DNA of 64,000 nucleotides, taken from Thermodesulfovibrionia bacterium. GTDB taxonomy: Bacteria; Nitrospirota; Thermodesulfovibrionia; UBA6902. Of this stretch, positions 1 through 8,631 are shown piece by piece. The notes under the pieces were generated by a model. That model did not search any database, had not been told where the DNA came from, and saw nothing but the letters and a program-made list of their open reading frames with translations. A program made the translations under genes and the position numbers. The stretch is taken from NCBI GenBank assembly GCA_947259645.1, contig CAMYND010000001.1:11169-75168 (forward strand), read 5' to 3'. How positions within the stretch are numbered: the first letter of the stretch is position 1; each line of letters starts with the position of its first letter.

Positions 1-732
1 CACAATAATCAACGAAAAATAGTTCAGCTCTTCCTCTTTAATCTCCCTTATATCATGAATAATTTTTTCATCATCCATACCAGCCCTGGATATACAGACC
101 GCCCGCTCAACAAGACCCATTTCTGTGAGGAGGCGGACAATGTCATTAAGGACCTTGTTTACTTTCATTAATACAATCGTATCAAAGGTCTCCAGTGCTG
201 CTTTCAGGTTGCCCAGATAGTTAGCAGGCAAGACAGCTATTTTTTCATCGCCCAGAACAAGGGATATCCGGGCCCGGGAAGCAGATGCATTAATTGATGA
301 TACCCCCGGAATTATCTCGATATTCATGGCAGGCTGCTGTTTAAGGAGCTTCTCATACAAATAAAAAAATGTGCTGTATATCGTAGGATCACCGAGCGTC
401 AGAAAAGCTACATTCTGTCCCTCTTGTATCCTTTTTGTAATGCGTTCAGCTGTTTCGTTCCATTTTGCATCCAGCAGGGGCAAGGCATGCCTTGCCCCCA
501 CATCATTAGCTGATGACGCTCTCGTTTTCTTCATCGGAAAATGAGCTTCTATAATCTCTTTTCCCTTCAGGCTGACCGCCTTTTCAACGATTGAAAGGGC
601 AAGGCTCGTTCCCTCTTCCCGGCCCTTGGGAACACAGAGCACAGCTGACTCCTTTATCCGCTTCACAGCCTTCAGGGTCAACAGCTCCGGGTCACCCGGT
701 CCGATCCCGATCGCGTAGAGTGAACCTGACAT
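1..732 (-). CDS. cbiL: Precorrin-2/cobalt-factor-2 C20-methyltransferase (CbiL/CobI), C-terminal part runs off window start
   Basis: Minus-strand translation from ATG at 732: MSGSLYAIGIGPGDPELLTLKAVKRI..., FLTLGDPTIYSTF motif typical of CbiL/CobI SAM methyltransferases; contains in-frame palindrome at 477-498. Confidence 0.8.
   Translation of the reverse strand, partial: MSGSLYAIGIGPGDPELLTLKAVKRIKESAVLCVPKGREEGTSLALSIVEKAVSLKGKEIIEAHFPMKKTRASSANDVGARHALPLLDAKWNETAERITKRIQEGQNVAFLTLGDPTIYSTFFYLYEKLLKQQPAMNIEIIPGVSSINASASRARISLVLGDEKIAVLPANYLGNLKAALETFDTIVLMKVNKVLNDIVRLLTEMGLVERAVCISRAGMDDEKIIHDIREIKEEELNYFSLIIV
477..498. repeat. Palindromic element copy (GGGGCAAGGCATGCCTTGCCCC, 22-nt perfect palindrome) in-frame inside cbiL
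   Basis: Encodes extra GARHALP in the FPM...W loop of CbiL. Confidence 0.7.
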
Positions 733-2051
733 TAGTCTTTTCTCCCGGTCACAATAAATATCGGATTGAGTGCGCTCATATGCCTTTTAGTGCCAACAGT
801 CTTTGATCGCGACACTGAAATCTCGCTTATATCTACTGTACATCCAGCGGCTTCAATGCTCGCAACAGCTTCATTCAGGGTTTCAAGTGTCACCGCATTT
901 ATTACAATAATTCCAGAGGCCATGACCTTGACCGCCATCTTTACAATTCCGGTCATATTCCCGCCGCTACCTCCGATAAATACCCTGTCCGGTGCGGGCA
1001 GGTCTTTTAACACGCCAGGCGCTTCACCCTGTATGATTTCAATATTCATACTGCTATACCTGCTTTTATTCTCATGAATGTTTTTAACCTGTGACTCGTC
1101 TTTCTCTATTGCATAGACCTTCAGTTCCGGAGAAAGTCTGGAGGCCTCAAGCGATACAGAGCCGGATCCTGCGCCGATATCCCATAAAACCCCTTTGTTG
1201 AGGAGTCGGAGCTTGTGGAGCGCCACTGCCCTCACCTCATCTTTTGTAATGAGTCCCCGTGAATGTGCAATCTCCGCTTCTCTCAACCCAAAAAAAACGT
1301 CCGAAGAATACGAACCCGCACTCGAAGCTGAAGAGTCCTTTGCCTCTACATCGGTTCGTTTAATAATAACTACATTCGGATGCTGGAAGGTCATTGCTGA
1401 AATCTCTTCGGGCGTCCCCACAACAATTCTCTCATCTTCATACCCTATCTTTTCACATACAAATATTTGTATAGCTGACCGCTGAAAGCTGAAAGCTGAA
1501 GGCTCTATAATTGCCCCCGCAATTTTTTCAGGACTGTTTACCCTGTCGGTAAGGATGGCAATTTTATTATGCCTGCTGACAAGTCCCGGCAATTCAGAAA
1601 TATCATATTCCAGTTTTCGCCTCTTTGACAGATCAGGCCCGCCATGAAAGCTGATGAGTAAGGCATTATTTGAGGTCTCGCCCACCCGGGCAAAGGCCAC
1701 CTGAACACTCGATAGATCCGGAAAGACTTCAACCGAATCCCTGCCGAAACGTTCTACTGCCAACCGTCCTATGCCGAAAAACATCGGGTCCCCGGCAGCA
1801 ATAAGAGCTATCTTTCTCTTCTCATAATTGCCTGCGATATAGTCCATGGTCTCATAGACATTAGCATGAACAATAATTCTGTCTTTTACGCCTTCGTATT
1901 CAGAGTAACCTTTAAATACCTCCAGAAGGCGGCTGTTTACAAGGACATCATCAGACTGATTAACAGCATCTGAAGCCTTTTTTTCAAGGGGCTTAAAACC
2001 TATTCCGACCACGCTTATCTTATTCACTTCTTGATAACACCTTTCCCTCAT
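732..2051 (-). CDS. cbiET: Precorrin-6Y C5,15-methyltransferase (decarboxylating), fused CbiE+CbiT (CobL-like)
   Basis: 439 aa; N-terminal half tetrapyrrole methylase (IAAGDPMFFGIG), C-terminal half CbiT-like SAM MTase (VLWDIGAGSGSVSLEA); start may be slightly downstream of 2051 because of overlap with cbiD. Confidence 0.85.
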   Translation of the reverse strand: MRERCYQEVNKISVVGIGFKPLEKKASDAVNQSDDVLVNSRLLEVFKGYSEYEGVKDRIIVHANVYETMDYIAGNYEKRKIALIAAGDPMFFGIGRLAVERFGRDSVEVFPDLSSVQVAFARVGETSNNALLISFHGGPDLSKRRKLEYDISELPGLVSRHNKIAILTDRVNSPEKIAGAIIEPSAFSFQRSAIQIFVCEKIGYEDERIVVGTPEEISAMTFQHPNVVIIKRTDVEAKDSSASSAGSYSSDVFFGLREAEIAHSRGLITKDEVRAVALHKLRLLNKGVLWDIGAGSGSVSLEASRLSPELKVYAIEKDESQVKNIHENKSRYSSMNIEIIQGEAPGVLKDLPAPDRVFIGGSGGNMTGIVKMAVKVMASGIIVINAVTLETLNEAVASIEAAGCTVDISEISVSRSKTVGTKRHMSALNPIFIVTGRKD

Positions 2052-3204
2052 AGGATATGAGATACGTGATAACAGGCTGTCCCGCTGTTATCTCCTGGGC
2101 ATAGTTCTTCGCAGCCTTACATACTGCATGCAAGGCAGAAAGACTGTTCGCCCCTGTGTTGTCTTCTGCACAGATATAATCAAATATTTCCCGGGCAGTA
2201 TTGAAGCTCTGTTCCTGCGGCACCTTTAGGCCAAGAGAATTCAAAAATGCTACGGCTTTTTTCGTATCAAGGGCTCCGAACTTCACATGAGTCTGTGGTG
2301 TTGCCATCGCAATTTTTACCATCTTAGCCCACTGGGCAGCAAGGTGTATTTTTTCAAACCCCTTTTTCCTGGCTTCCCTGAGGGAGTACTCCAGGTGGTC
2401 GCCCATGAGCGTGTAAGACTCTTCAGGGAGCTGATATTCTTTCATATGGGACTTCTCAGATGCACGCCCGGCGCAGAGGACTACTTCCTTCCGTCCCATT
2501 GCCCGCGCAACGTCCATGGATGATGTTATTGTCATGGTCCATGCCTCTGTTGATATGGGCTTAACTATTCCGGTTGTTCCAAGGATCGATATGCCGCCGA
2601 CTATACCCAGCCGGTGGTTTAATGTCTTTTTTGCTAACTCCTCGCCCTTTGGTACAGATATAGTGATTTCCATTGCATGGGCACGGCACGCCATGCCCCT
2701 ACAGCTGTGTAATGCCTCTCTTACTGCTTCTTTGATCATCGTTCTTGGCACTGGGTTGATCGCGGGCTCACCCACAGGGACTGATAGTCCTGGTTTGGTA
2801 ACCTTGCCAACTCCTTTTCCGCCTTTAATCTGTAGGGGCACGGCATGCCGTGCCCCTACGCTGTCAGCGCTAATTGACCGGGCTTCCGCTACTATCTCCG
2901 CTCCATTTGTCACATCAGGGTCATCCCCGGCATCTTTAATTACCGAGGCCAGGGCTGATACTATCTGGCCTCTGGTTTCAATTTTCTGTTTCTGAATTTG
3001 AAACCTCACTCTGCTGCCATCAGGAAATGGTATTTCAACGTTATGCAGGGGCGAGCCACCGCTCGCCCTGACAGTGTTTCTTTTATTCATTGATAAGAGC
3101 AGAAGAACCGCTGCTTTCGCAGCAGCAGCAGCACAAGCCCCTGTCGTATACCCTGACCTGAGCTTCTTTTTCTTCATTTCATTGTGCCTTAGTGCCTCTG
3201 CCAC
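2020..3204 (-). CDS. cbiD: Cobalt-precorrin-5B C1-methyltransferase CbiD
   Basis: 394 aa, GYTTGACAAAAAKAA signature of CbiD; carries two in-frame palindrome insertions (2677-2702, 2832-2859). Confidence 0.85.
   Translation of the reverse strand: MAEALRHNEMKKKKLRSGYTTGACAAAAAKAAVLLLLSMNKRNTVRASGGSPLHNVEIPFPDGSRVRFQIQKQKIETRGQIVSALASVIKDAGDDPDVTNGAEIVAEARSISADSVGARHAVPLQIKGGKGVGKVTKPGLSVPVGEPAINPVPRTMIKEAVREALHSCRGMACRAHAMEITISVPKGEELAKKTLNHRLGIVGGISILGTTGIVKPISTEAWTMTITSSMDVARAMGRKEVVLCAGRASEKSHMKEYQLPEESYTLMGDHLEYSLREARKKGFEKIHLAAQWAKMVKIAMATPQTHVKFGALDTKKAVAFLNSLGLKVPQEQSFNTAREIFDYICAEDNTGANSLSALHAVCKAAKNYAQEITAGQPVITYLISYEGKVLSRSE
2677..2702. repeat. Palindromic element copy (degenerate: GGGCACGGCACGCCATGCCCCTAC) in-frame inside cbiD
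   Basis: Encodes RGMACRAHAM insertion. Confidence 0.6.
2832..2859. repeat. Palindromic element copy (GTAGGGGCACGGCATGCCGTGCCCCTAC, 28-nt perfect palindrome) in-frame inside cbiD
   Basis: Encodes VGARHAVPLQ insertion. Confidence 0.75.
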
Positions 3205-3216
3205 TTTGTGCCTTTC

Positions 3217-4575
3217 TTAATACTGATACTCATACTCCATCTGCTCAAGTGCATCATCACGGAGGAGGTATTTCAGATTGTCCTCTGCGATCATTTTGAA
3301 GGCATACTGGATGACTTCTTTGTAAAAGTCACAGAACACCGCTTTTTTATACATGTCCCCGCGGGCATGCATTTCAGCCGGGCATGGCGATCCGCATATA
3401 TGCCTGAAATCACAAATATCGCATTCATCAATTTTTTCTACAACACGAGACCTAATCTCTTTGAATGGTTTTGAATTCATTGCCTTCTCAATTGATGTCT
3501 TGAAGATATTACCTCCGGAGAATTCCTTGAATCCAATGAACTCGCCGCAGGGAACCATAGCTCCATCAGCTGTTACCGTAAGGAAGGTACGACCTCCTCC
3601 GCAGGGAGATATGTCGCACATCATTCTCCTTGCCGTCGGTGAAATGATCGCAAGCAACACATTGGCAAAGTTGCCGACAACGATCTGGCGGCCGGTCTTT
3701 TTTGTCAGGTCCATCGCGGTGTTCACCGCCTTTATCAGATGCTTGGCATACTCTGCATCATCCGCCTTTATCTTGTCAGCGCGTTTCTGCGTAAGACGCA
3801 CAGGATTCAGAAGTACCAGGGGCACCCCTTTTTTATGGAGAAATTTCACAAGCTGGGAAAGCTTCTCAACATTCAGCTTTGTGACCGTGCAGATAACATT
3901 CAGTCCCTCATATCCTTTAAACCAATCCAGGGCCTGTACGGCTTTTTTGTAGTTTCCGCCGCCATCTCTGGATACGCGGGAGCGGTTGTTGTCCGCGGCA
4001 GTAGCAGCGTCAAGGGAGATGCCTATTCCAACGCGGTACTTCTTGATAAATTCAACGTCCTCTTTTTCAAGAAGAAGAGAGTTGGTCTGGATTCCGAAGA
4101 GCATTTTCCTGTGATACTTTTTAATAGATTTAAAGAGTATGTCCTTTGCCAGGAGCGGCTCTGCGGCATGGTAGACAATAACAGGTTTTTTCTTCTTGCC
4201 CTTGAAATGCGCTGCGATTTTGCTGAGCGCCAGATCAAGCTGCTCCCATGTCATCTGGGTTCCCTGCGTCCTTATCTTTGAAGGAATATAGCAGTAGGGA
4301 CAGTTGGCATTGCATCTGTCAGTGGGGTCAATATAGACACAGTTCAACGGTTCATTGAATCTGAAGTTATGCATCTCTTTATCAAGATGTTTTATCTCCT
4401 TCTTATACAGCTCGATCATCTTCTGGGGAAGCATGAAATCACCGTTGTTCCTCGGCAGCGCGCTCCAGAATATATTTTCCGGATCAATGGCCAGCTTCCA
4501 GTTTTCATCGATGTTGGAAAAGGACAGTCCCCGTTCCTCTTTTACCGGCGTTGTGCAACTGTTCTTTTTGCTCAT
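3217..4575 (-). CDS. Radical SAM protein with C-terminal SPASM domain and ~85-aa N-terminal extension (RRE-like?)
   Basis: CNANCPYCY (CX3CX2C) motif, C-terminal Cys clusters (CGGGRTF...VPCGEF, CDICDFRHICGSPC) typical of SPASM; good RBS TAAGGAGA before ATG at 4575 (ORF extends to 4677 but internal Met with RBS preferred). Confidence 0.75.
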   Translation of the reverse strand: MSKKNSCTTPVKEERGLSFSNIDENWKLAIDPENIFWSALPRNNGDFMLPQKMIELYKKEIKHLDKEMHNFRFNEPLNCVYIDPTDRCNANCPYCYIPSKIRTQGTQMTWEQLDLALSKIAAHFKGKKKKPVIVYHAAEPLLAKDILFKSIKKYHRKMLFGIQTNSLLLEKEDVEFIKKYRVGIGISLDAATAADNNRSRVSRDGGGNYKKAVQALDWFKGYEGLNVICTVTKLNVEKLSQLVKFLHKKGVPLVLLNPVRLTQKRADKIKADDAEYAKHLIKAVNTAMDLTKKTGRQIVVGNFANVLLAIISPTARRMMCDISPCGGGRTFLTVTADGAMVPCGEFIGFKEFSGGNIFKTSIEKAMNSKPFKEIRSRVVEKIDECDICDFRHICGSPCPAEMHARGDMYKKAVFCDFYKEVIQYAFKMIAEDNLKYLLRDDALEQMEYEYQY

Positions 4576-4736
4576 GGTGCTTTTTCTCCTTATAGTTTTT
4601 TTTAATTCCTTTAATCCAGGCAGATTGTCATACCGAGCGGAGAGAGGAATCTTACGATTTCTCCCTTCAGTCGACATGACAGCTTTTCATGCTTATCATC
4701 CCGGGAAGAATAGACACGACAAATTAAAGAGTGGGC

Positions 4737-4767
4737 AGGCAGACCAGCCTTCAGCAGGCTGATCTGC
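4737..4767 (-). other. 12-bp stem/7-nt loop hairpin between small ORF and rSAM gene (possible attenuator/processing site)
   Basis: GGCAGAUCAGCC-ugcugaa-GGCUGGUCUGCC on the transcript strand, followed by a moderately U-rich stretch. Confidence 0.35.
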
Positions 4768-4786
4768 CAACCCGACACTTCATTGA

Positions 4787-4927
4787 TCAAAGAGGCATTT
4801 TCTTCTTCGGCACGTCACCATACATCACAAAATGAGTAAGGCCGTTAGCGGTCTTTGCACATTTCATGTGATAGGAAACAGCAGCCTTCGTGTTCGCCTT
4901 CTTCGGGGCTTTTCTTGTCTTTTTCAA
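4787..4927 (-). CDS. Possible 46-codon small basic ORF between cbiO and the rSAM gene (hypothetical; TTG start 4 nt after cbiO stop)
   Basis: TTG preceded by GGGAGGTGA (overlapping cbiO 3' end); encodes MKKTRKAPKKANTKAAVSYHMKCAKTANGLTHFVMYGDVPKKKMPL; not in ORF track because <60 aa; unverified. Confidence 0.2.
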   Translation of the reverse strand: MKKTRKAPKKANTKAAVSYHMKCAKTANGLTHFVMYGDVPKKKMPL

Positions 4928-4931
4928 GACG

Positions 4932-5786
4932 TCACCTCCCTTTCAATGAAGTTTCGAGAGATTTGAGAATCTCCCGTCTTGCCTCACCAATGGTGAGGGG
5001 AATGCGATCAAAGGATAATTTATCCTCATGTTTCAGCCGGTAAATAAGTTCCGCAATATGAGGGAGGCGCAGTTTAATATTCGCCATATCCTCCGGTGCG
5101 TTGAATACATCCTCCGGTGTCCCTCCCCTGCTGAAATGACCCTTGCTCAATATATACAAACGGTCAAGAAAGACCGGGACAAGGTCAACGCTGTGTGTGG
5201 CCATTATTACTGTAACGCCATTTTCCTTATTAAGCTTCTGCAACAGCTCCATCATCCTGTATTCACCCATAGGGTCGAGACCTGCTGTAGGCTCATCCAG
5301 AAGGAGCGTTTCATGGCCCATGGCGAGCAGGCCGGCGATACATGCGCGCTTCCGTTGACCGAAACTCAGGTTGTGAACGGACTTTTTCTCAAGGCCCTCC
5401 AGGTCAACCTGTTTCAGTGCATGTAAAACACGGCCTTCAACATCCTGAGCGCCAAGTCCCATATTTGTCGGGCCGAATGCCACATCTTCAAACAGCGTTG
5501 GCGCAAACAACTGGTCATCAGGATTTTGAAAAACAAGACCAACTTTTCTGTATATTTCCCTGGGAGAAAGTTTCGTTATATCAATGCCTGCTAAATATAT
5601 TTCACCCTCAATCCCTTTCAGCAGTTTGTCCATCGCCTTTAAGAGGGTTGTTTTGCCAGACCCATTTGCACCGAGCAGCCCAATAAACTCGCCCTTTCTG
5701 ACATCAAGACTTATGTCATGAAGTGCGCTGGTTCCGTCAGGGTACCTGTAGGACAGGTTTCTCACCGAATACATCAGATCATCCAT
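4932..5786 (-). CDS. cbiO: Cobalt ECF transporter ATP-binding protein CbiO
   Basis: Walker A GANGSGKTT, ABC signature LSFGQRKR, Walker B LLLDEPTAGLD; sits downstream of cbiMNQ. Confidence 0.8.
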   Translation of the reverse strand: MDDLMYSVRNLSYRYPDGTSALHDISLDVRKGEFIGLLGANGSGKTTLLKAMDKLLKGIEGEIYLAGIDITKLSPREIYRKVGLVFQNPDDQLFAPTLFEDVAFGPTNMGLGAQDVEGRVLHALKQVDLEGLEKKSVHNLSFGQRKRACIAGLLAMGHETLLLDEPTAGLDPMGEYRMMELLQKLNKENGVTVIMATHSVDLVPVFLDRLYILSKGHFSRGGTPEDVFNAPEDMANIKLRLPHIAELIYRLKHEDKLSFDRIPLTIGEARREILKSLETSLKGR

Positions 5787-6535
5787 GTAATCCCTCCGGC
5801 TATCATGATCAGCGCTGCGCCGGCAAGTTCAGCAGTCCTGAAGGGCTCGCCTTTAAGGATTGGCATGTCGCCTGTGTAACCCCGCTGCACCATGGCATCT
5901 GCTGTCTTCTGGCTCTGCTCAAACCCGCGGAGCACGAGCGATCCGGTGAGTACGCCGAAGGAATGAAGCCCTTTTCTCAACCCCACGTATCCCAGGCGAT
6001 TCTTCTGAGCATTATATATCGTGTGTGCGTCATCAAGAAACAGGAACAAATATCTGTAGGCAAACATCATTATTTCAATAAAAGCCTTCGGCACCTTCAG
6101 CCATGAGAGGGCAGCAACAAATTCTATAAAGGGCGTTGCAAAGCCCAGGGCAACAACGAGCGATACGCCGCCGATGATTCTGGATGTGATCTGGATTCCC
6201 TCCATAAAGCCATCAGCATGGGCGGAAAGACCGATGCCGAACAGGTTCAATGAAAAAAGTATTTCCTGACCGGAAAAAAATGTCTTTAACACCAGAATTA
6301 CAGCGGCAATAAATAAAGGCTGAGCAGCTCTGAGAGCCACAACTCTCACAGGCACCCTCATGGACAGGCAAAGGAGCAAAGAAAACGCAGCCACTGAGAG
6401 TGGAAACATTACCCCCTTATAACTGAGCACCATGATAATCAGCACAAGCACGACGACCAGCTTGATTCTGGCATCAATTGCTGAGAGAAAGGTCTCTTTG
6501 TTAAAATTATCTGAAAAACAGTTATACGCTGACAA
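5774..6535 (-). CDS. cbiQ: Cobalt ECF transporter T component CbiQ
   Basis: 253-aa multi-TM protein in cbiM-N-Q-O order. Confidence 0.75.
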   Translation of the reverse strand: MSAYNCFSDNFNKETFLSAIDARIKLVVVLVLIIMVLSYKGVMFPLSVAAFSLLLCLSMRVPVRVVALRAAQPLFIAAVILVLKTFFSGQEILFSLNLFGIGLSAHADGFMEGIQITSRIIGGVSLVVALGFATPFIEFVAALSWLKVPKAFIEIMMFAYRYLFLFLDDAHTIYNAQKNRLGYVGLRKGLHSFGVLTGSLVLRGFEQSQKTADAMVQRGYTGDMPILKGEPFRTAELAGAALIMIAGGITWMI

Positions 6536-6881
6536 TCTTTTTCTCCTGTTTTTTCCCTGATTTTTCTGCTCTCTGCTTTCTGTTCTGCGGGCTGTTCTCT
6601 GTCAACATTCTCCAGTAGTACCCCGCAGCAAATCCTCCAACCAGGCCGCCGATGAGAAACATAAACAACAGAAGGTCTCCCTGATCAGTATTAATGACAG
6701 GATCTTTGCCTGGCCTTCCATGCTCTTCAGCATACTTTTCAATAACTGTTTGATCGACTCCGGACCATTTAGCATCAGACACAGAGATGGTCACCAGGAT
6801 ACCTGAAAAAATAACCACTATCAGCATGAGAAGGCCTTTCAGGAGAATCTGATATCTGATATTTGATAGTTGATAGTTCAC
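6522..6881 (-). CDS. cbiN: Cobalt transport protein CbiN (with basic C-terminal extension)
   Basis: 119 aa, two TM segments, located between cbiM and cbiQ. Confidence 0.7.
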   Translation of the reverse strand: MNYQLSNIRYQILLKGLLMLIVVIFSGILVTISVSDAKWSGVDQTVIEKYAEEHGRPGKDPVINTDQGDLLLFMFLIGGLVGGFAAGYYWRMLTENSPQNRKQRAEKSGKKQEKKIVSV

Positions 6882-7621
6882 AGAGTGCCTCCTGCCTGTT
6901 CCTGTTTTATCACGCCGAGCTTCACCAGCAGGTCAGCTCTTCTCCGGTAAAGTAGTGTCACCATACCGGCGGTCATAGCGCCCTCAACAATCCCGAGGGG
7001 CAACTGAGTTGGTACAAATGCGATCACGATTTTGCCCAGGAGAGGCAAGAAGGGTTCTGAGCCCCGTATGCCTGAGGCAAGTTCAACAGACGTTGTGAGA
7101 TAAATCGCCCAGTCTGAGAGCAGTCCGGCACAGAAGGCCGACACTCCAAGGCCCGCGTTGCATCGCCTGAGAAATTTAAAAATACCATACCCGGTAAAGG
7201 CTCCCACAACCCCCATTGAGACAATATCCGCGCCCCATGTGCTCAGACCGCCATGGGCAAAAAAGAGCGCCTGGATAAGAAGCGCCACTGCTGTGATCAG
7301 GACGCTGATAAAAGGCCCGACCAGTATCGCCGGGATCGCCGTGCCTCCGGGGTGTGAGCAAGTACCGGCCGTTGGTACGGGAATGGGCATAAGGGAAATG
7401 ACAAAGACAACCGCTGCCATTAAGCCGATGAGCGGCTTGAATGAAAGGTCATTCTTTGAAAGATCTTTCATTCTCTTTATTCCGGCTGCAACAAAGGGGA
7501 GCGCCAGGACAAACCAGAGCACTGCCCAGTTCAGCGGCAGAATCCCTTCAGATATATGCATCGCGAAGACACTGCCGGGCAGGACCAGCAGAACTATAAA
7601 GACCAGCACAATACTATACAT
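6878..7621 (-). CDS. cbiM: Cobalt transport substrate-capture protein CbiM
   Basis: N-terminal MHISEGILP motif characteristic of CbiM/NikM, 247 aa polytopic. Confidence 0.85.
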   Translation of the reverse strand: MYSIVLVFIVLLVLPGSVFAMHISEGILPLNWAVLWFVLALPFVAAGIKRMKDLSKNDLSFKPLIGLMAAVVFVISLMPIPVPTAGTCSHPGGTAIPAILVGPFISVLITAVALLIQALFFAHGGLSTWGADIVSMGVVGAFTGYGIFKFLRRCNAGLGVSAFCAGLLSDWAIYLTTSVELASGIRGSEPFLPLLGKIVIAFVPTQLPLGIVEGAMTAGMVTLLYRRRADLLVKLGVIKQEQAGGTL

Positions 7622-7623
7622 TA

Positions 7624-8622
7624 CTATCCTCTTTCATCCGCCATTTTCAAGAGCGCGTTTACCATCGCGACTGCCACGGGGGTACCGCCCTTTCTGCTGA
7701 TATTCGTAATAAAGGGAAAGCGCTGCTCACTAAGAAGCACCTTTGACTCAAGGGCCTTTACAAACCCCACCGGAACCCCTATTACTACAGGAAACCCATC
7801 TGCACTGTAGCTGTCTGAGGTCAGGATTTCAATTGTCTTCAGAAGTGCTGTCGGCGCATTTCCTATCGCAATGATGCCGATATTATTTTTACTCTGCAGC
7901 GCCGCTTCTATTCCGATCTCCGACCGGGTTTTATTGCCCGGGTTCTCTGTTTTTTCTCCTGCAGCCTGAAGACTGCAGAGAACCTTCCCGCCCCATTTGC
8001 CGAGCAGCCTCTTGTTAATTCCGGTCCTGACCATCTCAACGTCTGTGAGAATGTCCTTGCCTGCCTTTATTGCGGCGATAGCAGCTTTCACAGCGTCAGG
8101 ATGAAAAGCGATGCTGTTTTTAAATTCAAAATCAGCTGTCGCGTGAATAACACGCTGGACAACAGGAAGCTTCTCATCTGAAATATTGCTGAGGTCGGTC
8201 TCATCAGATATGATCTCGAAACTCCGCGTTTCGATCTCCTCAGGCCTTAATCCCGAAGCTGCATGAATTCTTTCCAGTACAACCTGCGCCATTTTATCGT
8301 GAACACCGAGCGGCTCAGTATAGACAAATTCAACATCAGGATATTTTTTTTCTGCATCCTTAATAATCTCCGGGATATCTGATGAGACATGCATCCCGTT
8401 GCTTAAAAAGTACGGGTGGACAATTACCTTTTTGGCCCCCTTCTGAACACACTCGGCTATGCCCTGCAGAATGTCCGGCTGGGCAAACTGCAGATATGCT
8501 ACACTTACGCAGTTGTCATCGCACTCCGGATGAATCAGGTTGTGCAGCAGCCCGGCTACGTGTTGAATGTTGTTTGCTGTTTTTTTAGGACTCCCATGTC
8601 CTACAATCAGAATTTTTTCCAT
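7624..8622 (-). CDS. cbiX-cbiC: Fusion protein: small CbiX-type sirohydrochlorin cobaltochelatase (N-term) + cobalt-precorrin-8 methylmutase CbiC (C-term)
   Basis: N-term LIVGHGSP...VHPYFLSNGMHVSSDIP (CbiX-small fold); C-term IHATADFEF...IIAIGNAPTALL...GVPVGFV...RKGGTPVAVAMVNALL (CbiC/CobH motifs). Confidence 0.7.
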   Translation of the reverse strand: MEKILIVGHGSPKKTANNIQHVAGLLHNLIHPECDDNCVSVAYLQFAQPDILQGIAECVQKGAKKVIVHPYFLSNGMHVSSDIPEIIKDAEKKYPDVEFVYTEPLGVHDKMAQVVLERIHAASGLRPEEIETRSFEIISDETDLSNISDEKLPVVQRVIHATADFEFKNSIAFHPDAVKAAIAAIKAGKDILTDVEMVRTGINKRLLGKWGGKVLCSLQAAGEKTENPGNKTRSEIGIEAALQSKNNIGIIAIGNAPTALLKTIEILTSDSYSADGFPVVIGVPVGFVKALESKVLLSEQRFPFITNISRKGGTPVAVAMVNALLKMADERG

Positions 8623-8631
8623 AGTGCTCCC

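Noticed and set aside
2516-2995. Plus-strand ORFs overlapping cbiD and other minus-strand genes (also 3353-3952, 5028-5426, 9296-9834, 41254-41676, 57039-57752 and similar)
   Set aside because: These are shadow ORFs in alternative frames of well-supported genes. The ones containing AWHAMPL/GMACHAL peptides are simply read-through of the palindromic repeats.
3357-3400. GGGCATGC/GGGCATGG-containing stretch resembling a degenerate palindrome copy inside the rSAM gene
   Set aside because: It does not form the GGGGCAYGGCATGCC palindrome, and the encoded residues (CPAEMHARGD) look like native SPASM-domain sequence.
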